DNA from: Coniocarpon cinnabarinum
Lineage: Eukaryota
DNA length: 64,000 nt
Assembly: GCA_051942205.1 (NCBI GenBank)
Contig: JAVECO010000039.1
Coordinates: forward strand, 1 to 64,000
Direction of reading: 5' to 3'
The stretch's first letter is position 1; every line of letters begins with the position of its first letter. This document shows, one piece after another, positions 59,285-64,000 of this stretch. The position numbers and the translations under genes were made by a program. The notes beneath the pieces are model-generated. The model saw only the letters and a list, made by a program, of their open reading frames with translations, was not told the origin of the DNA and did not search any database.

Positions 59285-59904
59285 ATTGGCCGGCGGATGT
59301 GCAGCGACTCAGCTGTGCAAAGTCTGTTTTCGAAGATCTGCTGGAAGGGTTTGGTTGGGGCGTGGTGTTAAGTGCGTGAGTGCACAGCTCCTGCCGCGCG
59401 AGGGAGGAAGCGAGAAAGCCAAGATTTAATCCCTAGCTCGGCAGAGGTCTCTGCAATTTTACTCCTCCGAGTTCTTCCCACCGGCTTCTCCACCACTCCC
59501 TTGGACCCTACTGTCTGCTTCATGCGGCCCTCCCAGCATATTCTGTCTTTTTCTTGGGTGTACAGCGTTCTATTTGTACGGATATAGGCCCTTTTCGTTT
59601 CTTGGTATGGATACCACCCCCGCAAAGCATGTCGCCGCTCATCCCTCCCGATCGTCCGAACCTCCAAGAGCTTACATGTTTCACATGTGCATATTTCCCC
59701 ACACGAAAACTTCAGAGGAGACAGATCGTGTAGAGATCCCAAGCGAGCATGAAGTTGAAAAACCGACCGACACGTACTGACAGACCGTCTCCAGACCTTT
59801 CTGATACCTCAATCCTATATGTCGACCTTCGTACACATTTCCCTAACGCTGTAGAATCCCACTGAGACCTCAATCGGGAGGTCACCAGCTATACAGCTCA
59901 TCTC

Positions 59905-61313
59905 ATGGCATACTTTGATGATCACGGGGCTCGATGGGCCCCTCAACACGGTCGCCAACAGTCGTGGGATCCTTCTCACGGCCCTCAAAGATCTGGAAGC
60001 AGTCGAGGTCGCATGCCGCAACGATATAAGGACTCATATCCGGACGCAGGCGCAAGCGCTTCGCTTCCGCCTCAAGATCCAAGGGCATTTCTTGCTCAAT
60101 ATGAAGGTGCGTGCACGCGGTGTCCCTCTCTCCGAGTATCCTATCAGGGTACACTCGTACATTCCGAAATTCGATATCATATTTCACTCCACTAACAAGC
60201 TGCAGAGGTCGATCGTGCAAGCGAAAACCTCGCCAAAAGTGTGCGCATCTTTGGCACGCCTAATCGAAGGGAGTCAATGCCGTGGCCGGGACCGTTTGCT
60301 CGACAATACCCGGAATTCGGTAGGTCCGCCAACTGTCAATGGTCACGAAACCCAGTATTCTGACTGGATCTCAGATCCACGCGTCCCTATGCCTTCTCGG
60401 CATCACTCGATCAGTGGCGATTTTGATGGCATGCGCTCCCACTCCTCCCACTCTTCCAGCAGTGTTCAAGGATATTTGGCACACCAACGCTTCCCTCCTC
60501 GCGTGAACGAGCAAGAGCACCTCGCCAAGCGACGAGCAGCAGCGCAACGTGAGCGGGACCTGCGCAATTACCATCAAGAGCAGCAATATAACCGAAGTGA
60601 GTTACTCTCTCGTCCGAACATGTGTAGTAGGTACGGCAACCATAACAATAATTCTAGATGCAAAACCGGAACGATCACAGAGCCCTAACGGAATGAGTGA
60701 GGAAGACCGTCGAGAACTCATTGCACGTCAACACCGAGCTCTCTACGGCAACGATTCAAACTTGTACCTTCCCGATGGCTCCTCAGCCCGTCCAATCAGC
60801 CAGGACGCTCGAGTGATGGCCGGCGCCCCAGGACCCTCACCTATGAATTATGATGGATACGGTGCCCCTCCTGGATCCGGCGGTGTAGGAGCTGACGGCA
60901 ATGCATCTGGTGCTGGTGCGATGCTGGGCCAACCTCGTTCGAGGTCGAATAGTACGTCATCCCCTGCCGCAAACCAGAACGCACCATTTGCCATGTACGA
61001 GAGCGCTCCACAGACAAGCAATCCAACATCAAGCTCCTCGCCGGGTGCATCACCTACTCGCGGCGGTTCCAAGCCAGCGCTTTCTGGCGGCGTAGCTCCG
61101 ATCGGTACTCGCCCTCTTCATGCCAAGCGAAACACCCCACCAATGCCATCGCCTCTAAGCCATGGCTACGCCGGTGGAAACGAGCGTTCACAATCGTCAG
61201 CCTCAAATCCGACAGCGTCCGGTGCGGAAAAACCACCAGGACTCGGATGGGGTAACAACACGAACAACGGGCCATGGGGAAATAACAAAACGCAAGCGCC
61301 CGTCTGGGGTTAG
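59905..61313 (+). CDS. Conserved-looking filamentous-fungal hypothetical protein; introns 60107-60205, 60320-60374, 60597-60657
   Basis: Canonical introns join one frame containing EEVDRA..NL.KS, AAAQRERDLRNYHQEQQYNR, MSEEDRRELIARQHRALYG, VAPIGTRP and terminal VWG. Confidence 0.8.
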
Positions 61314-62172
61314 TGTACCCATCAACATCTATACAGGAGGGGTGGTTCGATTCGATGGACGTGCGAGGGGCGTCGGAGCCCTTTTAAATGGTCTTACAGC
61401 GTTTCTTTGAGTGGAGCCCTCGGTACAGGTTATCTGCATTTTGTGTCTCTGCATTAGCATGGAGAATCGGTAGAAAAAGGTGGCGTGAGAATGCGCGCGG
61501 CAAGGATCTGGGCGGGACATTTGGGCATTGTGCATGTCGTTAGGGACCGGTGATCTAGCATGCTGGCGCATTTGCTGCAATCGGTTGACGAAGGCGTCTG
61601 GGAGATTTTTGTCGTCGATGGAGGTGAAGACATTGTTCAATGCGCCTTGGAGCTCGGTCGTTGTTCATTTGAGCTTATAATCAAGTCACAAATTTTCTGC
61701 TTCTTTGCGAATCATGGAATGATCATTGTGCCAATTGCGAGACACCAATTGCTGAAGGCAGTTGCGTGAGTAGCGCTCCGTGAACAGAGCTAGTTGCGGC
61801 GGCAAAAGAATGAAAGCGCCCCGCCGACAGGGTCTGACATGATCTGCTCCTTTCGCCTTGCCTATGCCCTCGTAGGCCCACATGCTCAATGGTAGGCTCT
61901 AGTGCTTTGAGTTATTTCTTCATTGATTTGACGCAGCTCGTATAATACTTTGCAGCATCTGCAAAGAAATGCTAATACTATCGTTTACGACACAAGTTTC
62001 TTGGAGACAATGTCCTGAAGGCAGTCTTGCCTCGACTCGTCCATCGCGTTGATCGACCCACCTTCATTGCGCGTGCGAGCTAGGTCTACCTCCGTGGCCT
62101 GCAATCAGTTATCGAACGAGGTAGCGCGGCATTGATGAGACAAGGATTGTGCAAGTCCTCAAACAGCCTTAG

Positions 62173-64000
62173 ATGGAGCAGCGAACGCCAGCCCAGTCGC
62201 CGTCGCCAGACCGCCGCCTGGGCAAACTACTCAAGACCACGAGTCGTCAAAGCACCTCCGCCTCATCGACACCTTCTCTCACGCCAGTCGACTCCAACTT
62301 AGATCAATCTGGCTTTCGCAAATCGTTTGATCGTGGGATCGCGAGCCTGAAGGATAAAGCGCGCAGGGATAGCGAGCCAAGCAACGCGAGGCGGAGCAGC
62401 TTAGACTCCAGGCGGCCGAAACGGCTATCACGCTTGGTGCCTAGAAGATCAAAGACAAAGCTAAGAGACGGGGACAACAATGATTCCAGTCCAGAGTACA
62501 GCCCGGTCAACGAGCGCTCTCCGTCGTTAAGGCCTGGCAAGAGTGACGCGAGCTCCAAACTCAATCTGCCATCCGAGAACGCCAGCAGTGAATCCTTCAG
62601 CAAGAGCGCGAGCAGTCTGCTTACCGACGACTCGGAGGCTGAACGGTGAGTGGTCCTGTCGTCTTCTGTCCTATCTGTGAGCGTCCGAGAGGCTTGTCTG
62701 GTTTGCCTGGTCGGTTCGGCACATTTCGTCCGTCACGGACCGTGGCTTCCCCCATTTGGTGCTCCGCCGCAGAGATGACAGCGACCCTGCGGAATACGTC
62801 GGCCGCGTCCCATACTGCCAGCCAACGCGTGCAGTTAGCGTCAGTTGCTATTGCGGATTCTCGACCTGACCCTCTGAAAGCTGTCATCATTGCATCCGTA
62901 CGCTTGGGATGTCCCATCGAACTCTAGACCATCGTTGCTGTTGCCACGGCCAAGTAATTAGCTAGATCCTCCCCCTTCCGAACAGCTGGTCTCAGCTGGA
63001 GGTCACACTTGCGGGACCCAATGTTTCCTGACCTAGCTCGTGCTGACTACTCTCTCTGCAGGCCACAATCCCGTCCCGAACTTGCCAGTCGCGCCTCACA
63101 TAAGGGCTACCTCACATTCTCGTCCCCGCTGATCGCCGCCGAAACCGTTGACCCACCCCAGACAAGTCAGCAAAGTTCTCTCGCTGGCCAAGTCCTCCAA
63201 GATAACAAACGGCTTGCGGAGAACACATCCTTGGAAGCCATCTCAGGTGCCAATACCGCGCAATCTACTTCCAAAGCTCCCACAAAAGCTAGCACATTCT
63301 CAAATCCTGATCAGCAACGTCCGTCCTCATCTGCTAGCTCAAAGCCATCGTTCAAGATCAACACCTTTCCCACCGAGCGTCCGGACACACCTTCCACCTT
63401 GATCACGCCCCCGACGCCGGTTGTCGCCAGCTCGTCATCGTCACCTCGATCCAGCCCAACCCGAAAATCAAGAGGTCCTGCCGCATTGGAGGATCTCCCC
63501 ACGAAGCCGCCGAGCGCCAAACCCCGAGACTCTCTATCGCATCGCCGCGTTCGCTCAGCTACGACAGCATCAAGCAAGTCCGGCGGTATCTCAACCCCTC
63601 TCACACCGCATGTCGAAGAGGCGAAAACACCAGGAGGCACTGTTGTTCAACCCAGCGGCTCCAGTGGCTTCCTTGCATCCGTTTTCTCAGCGACTCAGAA
63701 TGCAGTGAACCAAATCAGCAACTCTTTCAATACTCAGCAAGCTGCAAGTCGGAGCCGCAGTGGAACTGCTTCAAGTGCACCGTCAAAACAGGGCGATCTT
63801 GTAGCAAGACCGGTCACGACAGAGCGGTCAGAGACTACTCGAAAAGACCGAGACGACTTCGTGCCAGAGAAAAAGGAGCCAGCCATTGCCACGCTTGGAT
63901 CCGGCAACCTGAGCCTTACGCATCTAGGCATCACAGATTCCGCTTCAGAAGTGGGCGTGATGTCTAATGGACCAGGCTCAAACATAAGCGGGCCGCGACA
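62173..64000 (+). CDS. 5' part of a probable GRAM/VASt membrane-contact-site sterol transporter (Ysp2/LAM-like), truncated by window end; intron 62646-63061
   Basis: The spliced frame appears open to the window end. SLLTDDSE, LTFSSPLI, PLTPHVEEAKTPGG, GFLASVFSATQNA and EPAIATLGSGNLSLTHLG resemble N-terminal motifs I recall from this family; the diagnostic domains are not visible. Confidence 0.6.

Overview
Gene-dense genomic DNA from a filamentous ascomycete (Pezizomycotina). The evidence is short GT-AG introns with CTRAY-type branch points, an intron-containing tRNA and fungal-specific gene families; there are no prokaryotic features. About 27 protein-coding loci can be reconstructed. Recognisable ones are a phenol 2-monooxygenase-like flavoprotein, a GPI-type cell-wall protein, tafazzin, a Utp16/Bud21-like protein, a Zn2Cys6 transcription factor, a P450, a CBM48 protein, an INO80F/Nhp10-like protein, an IAH1-like SGNH esterase, VMA7, NPC2, AFG1, a BVMO, an ADP-ribose pyrophosphatase, an RBR E3 ligase, an Ldh_2-family dehydrogenase, a xylose-reductase-like AKR and the 5' part of a probable Ysp2/LAM protein. 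tRNA-Val(AAC) is also present. The three most unusual signals are: (i) a hypothetical protein with a retropepsin/Ddi1-like segment whose DTG motif reads CTG; (ii) a ~1.15 kb non-coding quasi-palindromic element whose degenerate inverted arms are centred on a 19-bp tandem array; (iii) a tandem triplet of orphan paralogues, one intact and two decaying, next to a possible permuted-papain-like gene. Exon boundaries were read by eye and family assignments come from motif recognition, not database searches.
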